Below, one piece after another: positions 1 through 9,504 of a stretch of DNA of 64,000 nt (position 1 is the first letter of the stretch; each line of letters starts with the position of its first letter). Origin of the DNA: an uncultured Solirubrobacteraceae bacterium (GTDB lineage: Bacteria; Actinomycetota; Thermoleophilia; Solirubrobacterales; Solirubrobacteraceae); the NCBI GenBank assembly GCA_963701145.1, contig OY969572.1:2405387-2469386 (forward strand), given 5' to 3'. The notes below the pieces were generated by a model. That model had not been told where the DNA came from. It did not search any database and saw nothing but the letters and a program-made list of their open reading frames with translations. The translations under genes were made by a program, and so were the position numbers.

Positions 1-259
1 AGGCGCTGCCCGGCGTGCCGGCAGTGAGCAGGCTGCCCGCGCCGGACGCTTCTTCGGCCCGCGCGCCGGAGGCCCACGCCGCGCCGAGGAGCAGCGCGAG
101 CGGCAGGGCAATGACGAGCGATCTCAGCCAGGCGCGGCGGCGGCGGCCCGGTGACGCCGGCTCGCGGGGGCCGCACCAGCCGGCGGCGATCATCCGCACC
201 GCATCTGACGACCCAGCATCCACCGGCCCAGAGCTCCTCGTCCTGCGCTCTTCGCCCAT
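1..259 (-). CDS. Secreted protein, N-terminal part only (runs off window start)
   Basis: Manual translation MGEERR...RRRRAWLRSLVIALPLALLLGAAWASGARA-EE looks like a Sec signal peptide with an AxA cleavage site. Confidence 0.45.
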   Translation of the reverse strand, partial: MGEERRTRSSGPVDAGSSDAVRMIAAGWCGPREPASPGRRRRAWLRSLVIALPLALLLGAAWASGARAEEASGAGSLLTAGTPGSA

Positions 260-453
260 CTCCAGACGGGCGGTCGCATGTGCGACCGCGCAAACGTATC
301 AGACCGCGGATCCGGGTCGGAGGCGGGGAAGGAGCGGCGATTCAGCGGCCGTCAACGCCGCCGCGAGCGGGCGTTCCTCAGTGTTCGTCGGCGATTGACC
401 CTTCTGGGCGGCCACACGGATACGTCGGGATCGGGTGCGATTTGGCCGGATTT

Positions 454-478
454 GGGCAGCGGAATGGGACTGCTGCCC
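454..478. terminator. GC-rich hairpin downstream of DUF2283 gene
   Basis: GGGCAGC...GCTGCCC inverted repeat. Confidence 0.35.
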
Positions 479-491
479 GAACGAGAAGCGG

Positions 492-761
492 CTATGCGAG
501 TGCGAGCTTCAGGTCTGCTGGGCTTGCCTTCGCTGGCAGCTCCAGTAGGAGCTCGCCGTCCGTTTCGTCGAGCAGCTTGCGGATGTCGATCACCGTGAGG
601 CTGACCAGATCGCCGTTCTCGTCGAAGCTGACGGCGTGTCCCCCGGGCGTCTCGTCGAAATCGATCGCGCGCGCGGGATCGCCCTGGGAGAGGTAGAGCA
701 CGTCCGCGTCGTGGTCGTAGCGGACGCGGTCGAAGACGTAGGGGCCGATATGGACGGTCAT
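492..761 (-). CDS. DUF2283 domain protein (putative antitoxin)
   Basis: YDHDADVLYLS...GHAVSFDENGDLVSLTVID is the typical DUF2283 pattern; 4-bp overlap with the upstream gene. Confidence 0.8.
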   Translation of the reverse strand: MTVHIGPYVFDRVRYDHDADVLYLSQGDPARAIDFDETPGGHAVSFDENGDLVSLTVIDIRKLLDETDGELLLELPAKASPADLKLALA

Positions 762-1036
762 GGCTTGCTTCTCCTCGGGAACGCCGTGCGGACGCTCCCG
801 ATCGAGTCTTCGTCAAAGGCTACTACGACCTTGAGCCACCGACTGGGTCCTGCGTCCTGTAGGTAGAACCAGTCCTGACCGGGGCGAGGCTGCTCGATCC
901 GTTGGGTGGGTGCCTCGATCGCCCGCATCACATCGGCGCGAAACGGTGCCATGTACGGGTGCCCCTCGATGACGTGGCTCCAGCGCTCCTCGGTCAGCTG
1001 GACAGTTCGCCCGAGTGGATCTATCGCCACCTCCAT
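758..1036 (-). CDS. Putative RelE/BECR-like toxin (DUF4258/PBECR-like)
   Basis: MEVAIDPLGRTVQLTEERWSHVIEGHPYM...WLKVVVAF...VRTAF; coupled to DUF2283; start placed at ATG 1036. Confidence 0.6.
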   Translation of the reverse strand: MEVAIDPLGRTVQLTEERWSHVIEGHPYMAPFRADVMRAIEAPTQRIEQPRPGQDWFYLQDAGPSRWLKVVVAFDEDSIGSVRTAFPRRSKP

Positions 1037-1407
1037 TGACTGGGATTCTTCTCGACGGTGCGGACCCGCCTCTCTGGTTCGCCTCTTCCTTATCGCCTCC
1101 GCCGATCTGCTCGATGATCCCAAGATCCAAGACCCGCTCTGCGAAGCGCAGGCCGAGTTCGAGGCCGAGCGGGTGAAGTCTTCCGGTGATGGATGACGCT
1201 GCGTCAACCCCGGGGTACGACGAGTTCGAGAGCTTGAGAGCCTGACACGGAAGCTCGTCCAGACCGCGAAGGCCGAGGCAGTCGAGCAGCGGGGGCCGGA
1301 TTTGGCAGCAATGGGCAGCAACAGCGGTTCGAGCGCCTCCCGAGTCGCCGGAGCGACCGGGAGCACGGGTCGGAAATCCGCTTCGCAACGCGTATATTGA
1401 GGAGCCT

Positions 1408-1480
1408 GGGGCCATAGCTCAGCTGGGAGAGCGCCTGCTTTGCAAGCAGGAGGTCACCGGTTCGATCCCGGTTGGCTCCA
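1408..1480 (+). tRNA. tRNA-Ala (anticodon UGC)
   Basis: GGGGCCATAGCTCAGCTGGGAGAGCGCCTGCTTTGCAAGCAGGAGGTCACCGGTTCGATCCCGGTTGGCTCCA; full cloverleaf; CCA tail not encoded. Confidence 0.97.
1434..1480 (+). repeat. att core, left copy (within tRNA-Ala)
   Basis: CCTGCTTTGCAAGCAGGAGGTCACCGGTTCGATCCCGGTTGGCTCCA, repeated at 11241. Confidence 0.92.
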
Positions 1481-1520
1481 CTGGAGGAAGTGCCTGGTAA
1501 TTGGTGGGTTTTGGGGGGCT

Positions 1521-1576
1521 GGTGGTACTCGATTGGTACTCCGTTTGGGCGGAGAGTACCGCAGGTGAGTACCACA
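1521..1576. repeat. Left arm-type integrase binding repeats (4x GAGTACC)
   Basis: GGTACTC at 1524 and 1535 (inverted); GAGTACC at 1554 and 1567 (direct). Confidence 0.75.
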
Positions 1577-1613
1577 TCGGGCCTGATTTTGCGGAGGATC
1601 GGCGCTGCGGCGG

Positions 1614-1654
1614 TTTGCAAGCAGGGGGTTGAGGTTCGAGCCCAGTATCGCCCA
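1614..1654 (+). pseudogene. Degenerate tRNA 3' half (Ala anticodon arm plus Val-like 3' end)
   Basis: TTTGCAAGCAGGGGGTTGAGGTTCGAGCCCAGTATCGCCCA; first 12 nt match the tRNA-Ala; CCCAGTATCGCCCA resembles the actinobacterial tRNA-Val 3' end. Confidence 0.55.
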
Positions 1655-1803
1655 TAGACAACTGTCCGCAAAGAGCGAGGGAGATCGATGCATAGGGGAT
1701 CAGATCCGCCCTCGTCGTGCCCGTTCAGAATCAGCTATCGCGCCGCCTGTCCAGAGGTATGGGGCGCCTAACGGCAGTCGTCTTCGTCCATGACATGCTA
1801 AAG

Positions 1804-1819
1804 TCCGACATATGTCAGA
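1804..1819. promoter_or_regulatory. Putative operator upstream of Phd gene
   Basis: Palindrome TC-C-GACATATGTC-A-GA about 20 bp before the ATG. Confidence 0.5.
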
Positions 1820-1840
1820 CGCCCCCACCGCTCCCATCGC

Positions 1841-2332
1841 ATGGCACTGATCGGCAGCCGAGCGCTCCAGCGCAACACTAGGGAAGTCCTCGACGCGGTC
1901 GAGCGCGGTGAGACCCAGGTCATCATGCGCCACGGTCGCCCGGTCGCGGCGCTCGTCCCGATCGACGAGCAAGAGGCACAGCAACTCGTGCTCACGACCT
2001 CACCGGAGTTCACCGAGCGGCGCCGGCAGCTCGCCGCCGAGCCCCAGCGACCCGGCACGCCGTTCGCGACGTCCGTCCGGGAGATCGACGACGCCGAGCC
2101 AGCCGACGCAGGCGAGCCGCGCGGAGATAACGCTGAGCGCAGCCTCGGGCAGATCGTGGAGGTGCTCCTTGCCGAGCAGAGCGAGAGCGTCCGTGCGCTC
2201 GCTGAGATCGTGGAGACGCGGAACGCCACGCTGAGCGCGCTGCTCGCCGCTGGCTCGGAGACCACCGACCCCGCGCGCACGATCGCGGCGGAGCTGGTGC
2301 AGGTCCAGGCGTCAAGCGAGCCCCGCAGCTAG
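1841..2332 (+). CDS. Phd/YefM family antitoxin with C-terminal extension
   Basis: IGSRALQRNTREVLDAVERGETQVIMRHGRPVAALVP is the Phd/YefM signature. Confidence 0.8.
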   Translation: MALIGSRALQRNTREVLDAVERGETQVIMRHGRPVAALVPIDEQEAQQLVLTTSPEFTERRRQLAAEPQRPGTPFATSVREIDDAEPADAGEPRGDNAERSLGQIVEVLLAEQSESVRALAEIVETRNATLSALLAAGSETTDPARTIAAELVQVQASSEPRS

Positions 2333-2763
2333 CGCTTCCGCCCCGCCAGGGCCGCGGCCGCCGTGGCGATGATCCCCCAGACCGCGCAGCCGGACGCCAC
2401 CCCGAGGGCATAGTGGTAGGCATTGAGAGGCAATTGCGCGAGTCCCGCGATGCTCGCCAGCGCTCCGAGCGCCGCTGCGCCCACAACCGCCGGTCCGAGG
2501 AAGGGCCGGACCGCTTTCCCGAGCGGGGTCACATAGACGACCAGCAGGGCCACCTCTACGCCCACCAGCGGACCGAAGACCGCTGCCAGGCCGTTCCCGT
2601 CGGCACGCGTATGGACGTCGGCCAGCGCGCCCACCACGACCCCGGCCCCCAGACCCGCCACGAACGTGGCCGCCTTGACGGCGCCGGGCAGACGTCCCTG
2701 CATTTCGGTCTTGCGCCGGGTTCCGAAGTCGGCGATCCGCTTGTGCCACGACTGCTCAGGCAT
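2329..2763 (-). CDS. Hypothetical membrane protein (about 4 TM)
   Basis: Four hydrophobic stretches; start overlaps the stop of the upstream gene. Confidence 0.6.
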   Translation of the reverse strand: MPEQSWHKRIADFGTRRKTEMQGRLPGAVKAATFVAGLGAGVVVGALADVHTRADGNGLAAVFGPLVGVEVALLVVYVTPLGKAVRPFLGPAVVGAAALGALASIAGLAQLPLNAYHYALGVASGCAVWGIIATAAAALAGRKR

Positions 2764-3142
2764 CGTCTTCGGGGGCCGGGTCCTCTTCCTGGTCTCGCCG
2801 CTTGATCAGCCCGGCGCGCTGCTGGAAGTAGGCCGGTTCGAAACCGCTGTGCACGACGGCTTCGATCGTGAGCTTGCCTTCCACGAGGCCTTCGAGCCAA
2901 TGCTGCTCATCGGGGATCTCGAGCTGCCCATAGACCACACATGGGGGCAGCTCCAGGCGGCGTCCCGGCGGCCCGAGTCGGACCTCCTTGAAGAGCTCCT
3001 TCACTTCAACTGGGTCGCGGCGCTCAAGTTCGCGTTTCAGCCACCGTAGGTTGGCATCCGATCCCCCGCACTTCTTGAACTCCGACGCCACGTCAACCCC
3101 CGCCGCGAACTCCGTCTTCAGCACGATTCGACGTTTCGGCAC
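2756..3142 (-). CDS. Hypothetical protein
   Basis: Protein-like composition; 8-bp overlap with the downstream membrane gene. Confidence 0.6.
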   Translation of the reverse strand: MPKRRIVLKTEFAAGVDVASEFKKCGGSDANLRWLKRELERRDPVEVKELFKEVRLGPPGRRLELPPCVVYGQLEIPDEQHWLEGLVEGKLTIEAVVHSGFEPAYFQQRAGLIKRRDQEEDPAPEDDA

Positions 3143-3768
3143 GGCGTGAGCATACGCCTGGCGGCGGCTACAGGCTCTCTCATAGTCGCTCCGCCTTGAC
3201 GCTCCCCCTCCAGGTCTCTCGTGGAGTAGGGCTCGCCGGAGTACGGTCCCTCAGCGGGTAATTGCGCTCGACCTCTTCAATCGGAGATCATTTCTGATGC
3301 GCGTGCTCTTTCCGCCGGAACCCACGCTAGGCGGGTGCCTTGCCAGCGCTCGTCGATCCGCGCGGAGCGCAAGCTTTGCCGAGCATCCGGCTGGCTGTCA
3401 GGTTGGGGGGCAGACCAAGTTGCCTACTGCTCTCGCTTGGCACTCGGCGGGCATTCGTCAATCGACATCGTCGGCGCCGCCATCAACGCTTGGTTTGCGC
3501 GCCGAGCAGTTTCGCCCATCGAACCTTCTTCGTATGCGGCACGGCCGCAGCGGTCGGTTACAACCGCCGAGGCGAACCCGCGAACGCCGAGGGCCAGCCC
3601 CGACGGTGGCCGATGATCCGCTCCGCTTCTGCGAGCCTCTCACCCGACGCCACAGTGTGTGATGAGCCGACGACGCCGGGTGGTGTAGGGTGCGTGGCGC
3701 AAAGTGGCGGGGCCGCCGCACATGTCAGGGGCGAAGCATGGGGCACGTAGTGGTGTCGCAGGGCTGGG

Positions 3769-4515
3769 GTGGCGGTCTTGCTCGCCGGGTGCGGTGCCAC
3801 GTTCGCACATCGGTCGGCCTCGTCGCACAAGACGACCCTCCGGAGCCCTGCGGCGGCGGTGACGTCCTCTACGCCTTCCTGCTCGGAGGGCGTCACGGTC
3901 AACGCGCACGCATCGTGCCCGTTCGCTGAGAGGATTCTCGTCTCGGACGCATCCCCGGCAGCCGAGAAAGAAGAAGAAGGCAGCGAAACGGCCACGGTCC
4001 ACCTGACGGTCGAAAGCCCGACGACCCACGAGATGTACGCGGTCGCGTGCTCCCAGGCCAGCGGAAAAAGGATCGACTGCCGTGCGGCCACCGACGCCGT
4101 GGTCACGCTCACCTTCGCCGCCGTGGTCGATGCTCGCGCCCGAGCGCAGGGCGAGCACCTCACGCCCGCACAGGCTCGTGTAGCCGAAGGCGTCCTTGCG
4201 CAGCGACCAGCTAACCCCACCCGCGGGATGACACCGAGCCAGAAGCGCGCGTATGAAGCCGACCAGGAACGCAAAGCCGCGGCGGTCGGCGAAATGCTCA
4301 GACGCCGCGAAGCCGCACATGAGCCAACTTCCCGCCCCGGCTTCTATCCACACTGTCGCTATGGCAAGCAGGAACCCGAATACACTCACCCCGACCGTGA
4401 AGAACAGGAAAACGGCGTGAAGTCCGAAGAAGTGCGGCCCGCGCGCTGCCTGTACCCGAGCGGAGCCCCCGAGACAGCGTTCCATGAAGAGGTCGAAGAA
4501 TCGCGGGAACGATGA
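3769..4515 (+). CDS. Putative lipoprotein, hypothetical
   Basis: Lipobox VLLAGC; Cys-containing domain; ATGA overlap with the next gene; true start uncertain. Confidence 0.55.
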   Translation: MAVLLAGCGATFAHRSASSHKTTLRSPAAAVTSSTPSCSEGVTVNAHASCPFAERILVSDASPAAEKEEEGSETATVHLTVESPTTHEMYAVACSQASGKRIDCRAATDAVVTLTFAAVVDARARAQGEHLTPAQARVAEGVLAQRPANPTRGMTPSQKRAYEADQERKAAAVGEMLRRREAAHEPTSRPGFYPHCRYGKQEPEYTHPDREEQENGVKSEEVRPARCLYPSGAPETAFHEEVEESRER

Positions 4516-5216
4516 GACGTGTCGCCACCACAGTCGCCACCTTCACCGTCCTACTTGGACTGGTCCTACCGGCAGGGGCGCGCGCCAATAGCGCCGCCGG
4601 CCATCCGTGTCCCGGCACGCCTCATGTCCACGACCTCCGGGTATTCCGCGTCGCCTGCGGTGACGCCCGGCGTGCGGCGAGGGAATACCTGTCGAGCTAT
4701 GCCGCCTACAACGCGATCGGGGGTGGCGTGGTCGCGTTTGTCACGCACCGCGGCGCATGGCGCTGCTCGGTTGTCGAACCGGAAACCGAAGGCAGTCTGC
4801 CGCACTTCTCGTGCGACAGTTTGTCCGGGAAAAAGGGCGCGATGTCCTTCGTTGCTCCGATTGCGCCTATGCGAGGTTGCCCCACGTTTACTAGCTTTAG
4901 CGAAGCCATTGTCGGCGGTCTCGTTACGCGCAACAGTTCGTGTCGTGACCTGGACGCGTTTGTGGAGCGCTTCCCGTCGTATGGTCCTGAAGTCGGCGGT
5001 TTTCCGGCGCCCCTCACTCACATCGTTGTTACCTGGCCGTCTCTGTTGCCAAACGGACATGGGCCCGTTCCCATGAACTACACCTGCACCTATCGCATCC
5101 CCGCGGGGAGCACCGCCGAAGGCTGGTCTTGCAACGACGGCTACTTCGCCTACGGCTTTCAATACGACGCCGTGGTGCGCCAATATGCGATGAACCCGAA
5201 CCCGTTCGACTCCTGA
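4512..5216 (+). CDS. Secreted Cys-rich hypothetical protein
   Basis: Signal MRRVATTVATFTVLLGLVLPAGARA; two similar C-x(n)-C-x(n)-C modules. Confidence 0.65.
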   Translation: MRRVATTVATFTVLLGLVLPAGARANSAAGHPCPGTPHVHDLRVFRVACGDARRAAREYLSSYAAYNAIGGGVVAFVTHRGAWRCSVVEPETEGSLPHFSCDSLSGKKGAMSFVAPIAPMRGCPTFTSFSEAIVGGLVTRNSSCRDLDAFVERFPSYGPEVGGFPAPLTHIVVTWPSLLPNGHGPVPMNYTCTYRIPAGSTAEGWSCNDGYFAYGFQYDAVVRQYAMNPNPFDS

Positions 5217-5307
5217 GCCGGCGCGGGCATCACAGCCAGGACTCGCCGGAGACCCCGAAAGCGAAGGCGGGTGTCACGACCGGTGTCGTGGGCATCATTC
5301 GGCATCC

Positions 5308-5652
5308 ATGAGTCAGGACCCACACCGCCCGAAAGTTGCCGTCGAAACCGCGAGGCCGTTCAGAGAGCTGTTCGACGCCCTGGAGCAGGCCGGCTTCGAG
5401 ACCGAGCATCGCCCACCCCTTGAGCAACGGTCAGCTGGGCCTGTCGCGGGTGCGCTCGCGATCTATCTCCTGGAGAAGCTCGCGGAGCCCGACATAGAGA
5501 ACGCCGTCGCCGTTGTACGAGCTTGGGTCGCGTCGTGGTTCCTCCCGTTCCTCCGCCGCAAAGAATCGTCCCTGACTGTGACCTCGATTCCGATCTACGG
5601 GCCAGACGGAGAGGTGCTGAGCCGTGTCAAGGTCGACCTCGACGATGACTAG
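5308..5652 (+). CDS. Small hypothetical protein, possibly EACC1-like
   Basis: Central hydrophobic helix and C-terminal IPIYGPDGEVL. Confidence 0.55.
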   Translation: MSQDPHRPKVAVETARPFRELFDALEQAGFETEHRPPLEQRSAGPVAGALAIYLLEKLAEPDIENAVAVVRAWVASWFLPFLRRKESSLTVTSIPIYGPDGEVLSRVKVDLDDD

Positions 5653-5799
5653 ACGCTTACCGCCGAACGGGCGACGATCAGCCGACTGAACACCGCCGCG
5701 ATCAAGGTTCGCCTCGCGGGCCCGCACGGCGCGGCTTAGCTCGGCACGAAGCCCGGCGGCCGGTACTTTTACTAGGAAGCGTGCACGCGCAGGGATCGC

Positions 5800-8446
5800 T
5801 CAGCGTCCGTAGCCTGCATTGCGGTCCGGCATATCGCGATGCGGTGTACGGACGAGCCAACGTGTTGGGGAGAGTGCAGAGCGGAGCCGTAGGGGATCTC
5901 GGCTGGGTGCCCAGCCGCGATCGTGGCTTTCCTGATGCACGAGTGATGGGGTCTGCGCGCGGCTGTTGCACATCTGTAGGGCGAGGCGTGTGATCCTCGC
6001 GGCATACTGTCCTTCGTTGCCGAGGTCGTCGCGGGCGATGAACCAGTCGGTGCCGTGTCGGGCGCGAGTCGCCTCGACGTAGGCGGTCTCCTTGCTGGTC
6101 TGCCAGCCGCCGGTGAGCACGACGGAGCGCTCGACGGTCGCGCCCTGCTGGCGGTAGACATGCTGCGCATAGGCCAGTCTCAGCGAGTCCAGATCCTCGC
6201 CGGCGAGCTGGATCTTGCGCTGTGACCCGTCGAGCGTGACGGTCACACCTCGCTCGTGGATGTTCGTGACTTGGCCGCGGGTGCCGTTCTCGACCCGTGG
6301 CTGCCCTCGGGGGCGGTGTTGTGTGGTGAACGCGATGAGGTCGCCTTCGCGTAGGCCGTAGTGGACGCCGGGCAGCGGGGTCTCGTGGTGTCCCAGTTCG
6401 CCTCGTTGTGCGCGGAGGTGTTGGGCGCGGGCGTTGAGCCGGTCGATCTCCGTGTTCGTCGCGTCGGCGATCAAGGCGACCTCGCGGATATCCCGCCCCT
6501 CTGTGAGCGTGGCCCATGTTTGTACGGCGTGCTCTGCTGCCTGGTCGCGGGTGTCGGAGAGGTGCAGTTGGCCGCGTGAGGCATAGTGCGCCATCGCGCG
6601 CTCTGGTTCTCCCGCGCGTAGTGCTTGCCAGGCGCGCTGGTCGGCGGGGTCCTTGGTGCGGTGGATGTCTGCCAGTTCGGCGCTGGGTGCGTGCTCGGTG
6701 AGCCGATCGAACATGCCGCCGGGGCCGATCGAGGGGAGCTGCTTGCCGTCGCCGACAGCGATCAGCTTCGCCCCGGATCGCTCCACGAGCTCGGTCAGGG
6801 CGTCCAGGCGCTTGTGGTCGACCATCCCCGCCTCGTCCAGGACTACTGTCGTGTCCCTGCCCACGTGGATGGCCCCCGTGTTCGCGCGGGCGACCAGCGA
6901 GTCCAGGGTGAGTGTTCGTCCGGCGAGCGCGGGGCTGTCGGCGCCGAGCCGCTCTGCGGTGGACCCGGACACGGCGACCCCGATCGTCTCGCGCCCGGCG
7001 TGGTGCTCCGCGCGGGCGGCGGCGTCGATCACCACTCCCTTGCCGGTCCCGGCCGGCCCGACGAGGACCGTGGCGCGCTCGGGACCGGTGAGCACGTCGA
7101 GCGCGTGGTGTTGCTCGGCGCTGAGCGCTCCGCCGATGCGCTCGGAGACCTCACGGGCAGCGTTCTCGCGTGCAACGTGTCCGACGTCTCGGCCCGCTGG
7201 CTGGGCGAGCTGTGTGGCGCGGCGTTCGATCGCGTGCTCCTGCGCGCGCACTGCCAGGGTGGTCATCCGCCCGCCCTCCAAGGTCAGCACGCGCCGGTCG
7301 CTCACCATCTCCCGCGCGACGGCGAGCGCCTGACCCGGCGCCATCTCCCCGGCGGCCTGCTCCAGCACGACTGCGCGCAGGTCGCGCCCCTGGAAGACAG
7401 CGTGCTGCTCGGTCAGCTTCGCCTCGACGCGATCCTCGATCTTGCGCTCGGCCTTTGGGCGCTCGGATGCGCCGATCAGACGCACCGCCTCATCCGGGCC
7501 GAACCCGTGACCGCGGCCAGTCTGTGTCCACACTCGTTGTAGGTCCGAGCGTGTGGTCAGCTCCTTGGACCGGCGGTTCTCGAGCGCGAGGTTGCGAAGC
7601 TCGCGCCGTTCGGGGGCGCGGCCGTAGCGGGCACGGAAGCGCTCCGCCGCTTGGGCGACCTCACGCGAGCGACCGGAGAACGTCTCGCACAGATCGCGGG
7701 GGACACCGGCGATCTCGAAGTACCGGCCATCCTTGCCGGTGCCGTGTTCGATCGTGTACCCCTCTCGCACGAGCTCGTCGGCGAGCGCGGAGCGGTAGAA
7801 GGCGCCGAGCTTCCCGTGCGCTGCGGAAGATCGGCCGCGACGCGACGGCCACGATCCGGTCGTCCTCGCGGACCGCGCCGGTGATGACGACGTGGCTGTG
7901 CAGCTGCGGGTCCGGGGCCTGGGCGCCCGCGACTCCGCGGGCGGTGGTGTGCCGGTACTCGGTGGCGATCACGTCCTTGGCTTTCTCTTCTACGACCTGG
8001 CCGCTGTAGCGGCGCCGCACGACCGGGACCTGCTCCCGTAGATAGAGGACCGCTTGCTCGACCGCGCTGGCGTGGGCTTCCTCGATCTGATCGCGCTGCC
8101 ACGGGTCGCCGAGCGCCCATACCGTCGAGACGGACTTCGGTGCGCTGAACGTCGCGTCGATCCCGCCGCCCCGGCCGCCGCCGGCGCCCTCCGGACGAAG
8201 CCACCGGCCGCTGCCAGGGTGACGGCCCTCCATCAGCGCGATGAAATCCTTGCCGTCCACCGGCTCGCGGGGCCGAACGCCGAGGCTTTCCAGGGTCTCG
8301 GCATCGGCGAGCCAGCGGCCGGGGGCCTGCGCCATCTCCCCATCGGGTGTCAGGTAGTAGTCCCCGCGCTCGGGCTCCACGGTCTTGCTCTCCAGGTAGC
8401 GCGCGTACCCGCCGCCCCGAGACGCACCTATGCTCGCCGCAGTCAT
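5800..8446 (-). pseudogene. mobF: MOBF/TrwC relaxase-helicase, split by a 1-nt insertion at 7811-7812
   Basis: N-terminal GYARYLE..DYY, DATFSAPKSVS, HTTAR, DPQLHSHVV; C-terminal GPAGTGKG, VLDEAGMV, GDGKQLPSIG, YAQHVYRQQGATV; removing one base restores R-E-L-G-A-F-Y-R and one ORF of about 881 aa. Confidence 0.9.
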
Positions 8447-8491
8447 CACATGGGTGATGACCCTCAACGCGCCGAACCGGCCAAGCAATTC

Positions 8492-8520
8492 GCACAGCGC
8501 CCGCTGTGCCATGGCACAGC
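8492..8520. promoter_or_regulatory. Candidate oriT inverted repeats
   Basis: GCACAGCG/CGCTGTGC inverted repeat overlapping a perfect 18-bp palindrome GCTGTGCCATGGCACAGC, just upstream of the relaxase. Confidence 0.45.
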
Positions 8521-8752
8521 CGTGCATGTTGTCTGTACTGCTGTGGGAGCGAAGCGACGTGAGGCAGCGCGGGAGGGCCGTCGGCCCGCTGTAGCGGGTG
8601 AGGTGGCGACGGCTGGTTCGTTGCCGAAGGCTCGGTTGGGGGGACCGCTCGCCGTAGAGCTGAGCGAAGAGGCTCGGGCTGGGCCGCGAACTCGTTGGCC
8701 GGTCCGGGCGGGTTGGGGTCACTAACCCACAACACCAATTGCCCGGACATCG

Positions 8753-8980
8753 ATGAGCACCATTCCCAAATCCATAGCCACTCATCCGCCGCTTACGCGC
8801 GACGACGTGCTCGACGGCCGCGATGTCGCCGAGCTGCTGCACCTGCCGATCTCAACGGTCCTTGAATACGCGCGGCGCGGACTGCTACCTGGACGCAAGC
8901 TCGGACGGCGATGGATCTTCCTGCGTGACGAGGTCGAGGCGGCCGTGAGAGGCCGGTCAGTTGATAGGTCGGCGGCGTGA
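8753..8980 (+). CDS. Helix-turn-helix protein (excisionase/RDF-like, HTH_17)
   Basis: VLDGRDVAELLHLPISTVLEYARRGLLPGRKLGRRWIF. Confidence 0.85.
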   Translation: MSTIPKSIATHPPLTRDDVLDGRDVAELLHLPISTVLEYARRGLLPGRKLGRRWIFLRDEVEAAVRGRSVDRSAA

Positions 8981-9084
8981 GGCGCTCAGAAGGACCGCTT
9001 CCAGAAGTTCGGACGGGGCCGACCTCATCTGGCGAGGAATGCCTTGGCCGCCAAGAGCACGTTGCGGAAGTCTCCTTCGCGGAA

Positions 9085-9504
9085 TCACTCGTCGAGCTCG
9101 GTCAGGAGGTGGATGCGGGGGCAGTCAGTGAAGACCGCGTCGTGAGCGACGAGCGCGATGGACCAGCGAATCGCGGTGGCCGCGATCCAGAGGTCAGCGT
9201 TGTGGTTGCTCTGGTGGAGCGGGTGACCAATCACCCGACACTGATTGCGAAGCTCGGCGACGGTCTCGATCGTGTCGATGTCGATCGGGAGGATGCGCGC
9301 TCGCCCGACGAGCCGTGCGAGTTGCTCCGTGCGAGCAGGACCCCACATTGCCTTCAGCGCCCCATACCGCGCCTCGGCGACGGTCTGCGGGGCGAGGGCG
9401 ATCCGCTGTCCGAAGAGGTGCTTCGCGTACCGGGTGGCGAGCGGTGAGCGCTCCCGCAAACGGGCGGTGAAGACGTTCGTGTCGACCAGGACCGTCCCGG
9501 TCAC
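9085..9504 (-). CDS. vapC: PIN domain toxin (VapC-like)
   Basis: VLVDTNVF, QTVAEARYG, ADLWIAATA, LVAHD; GTG start overlaps the antitoxin stop. Confidence 0.88.
   Translation of the reverse strand: MTGTVLVDTNVFTARLRERSPLATRYAKHLFGQRIALAPQTVAEARYGALKAMWGPARTEQLARLVGRARILPIDIDTIETVAELRNQCRVIGHPLHQSNHNADLWIAATAIRWSIALVAHDAVFTDCPRIHLLTELDE

Noticed and set aside
1040-1260. Possible gene fragment (DLLDDPKIQDPLCEAQAEFEAE)
   Set aside because: Protein-like but no start and no family recognised
441-1312. GCCGGATTTGG(G)CAGC repeated at about 446 and 1296, flanking the DUF2283 pair
   Set aside because: Match of only 11-15 bp in GC-rich DNA; no recombinase link or target duplication
3297-3750. Several overlapping ORFs between cargo genes
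   Set aside because: No consistent codon bias, RBS or motif; left unassigned
7557-8750. 397-aa ORF as relaxase N-terminus
   Set aside because: Wrong frame for most of its length; relaxase motifs lie in the 7661-8842 frame from ATG 8446
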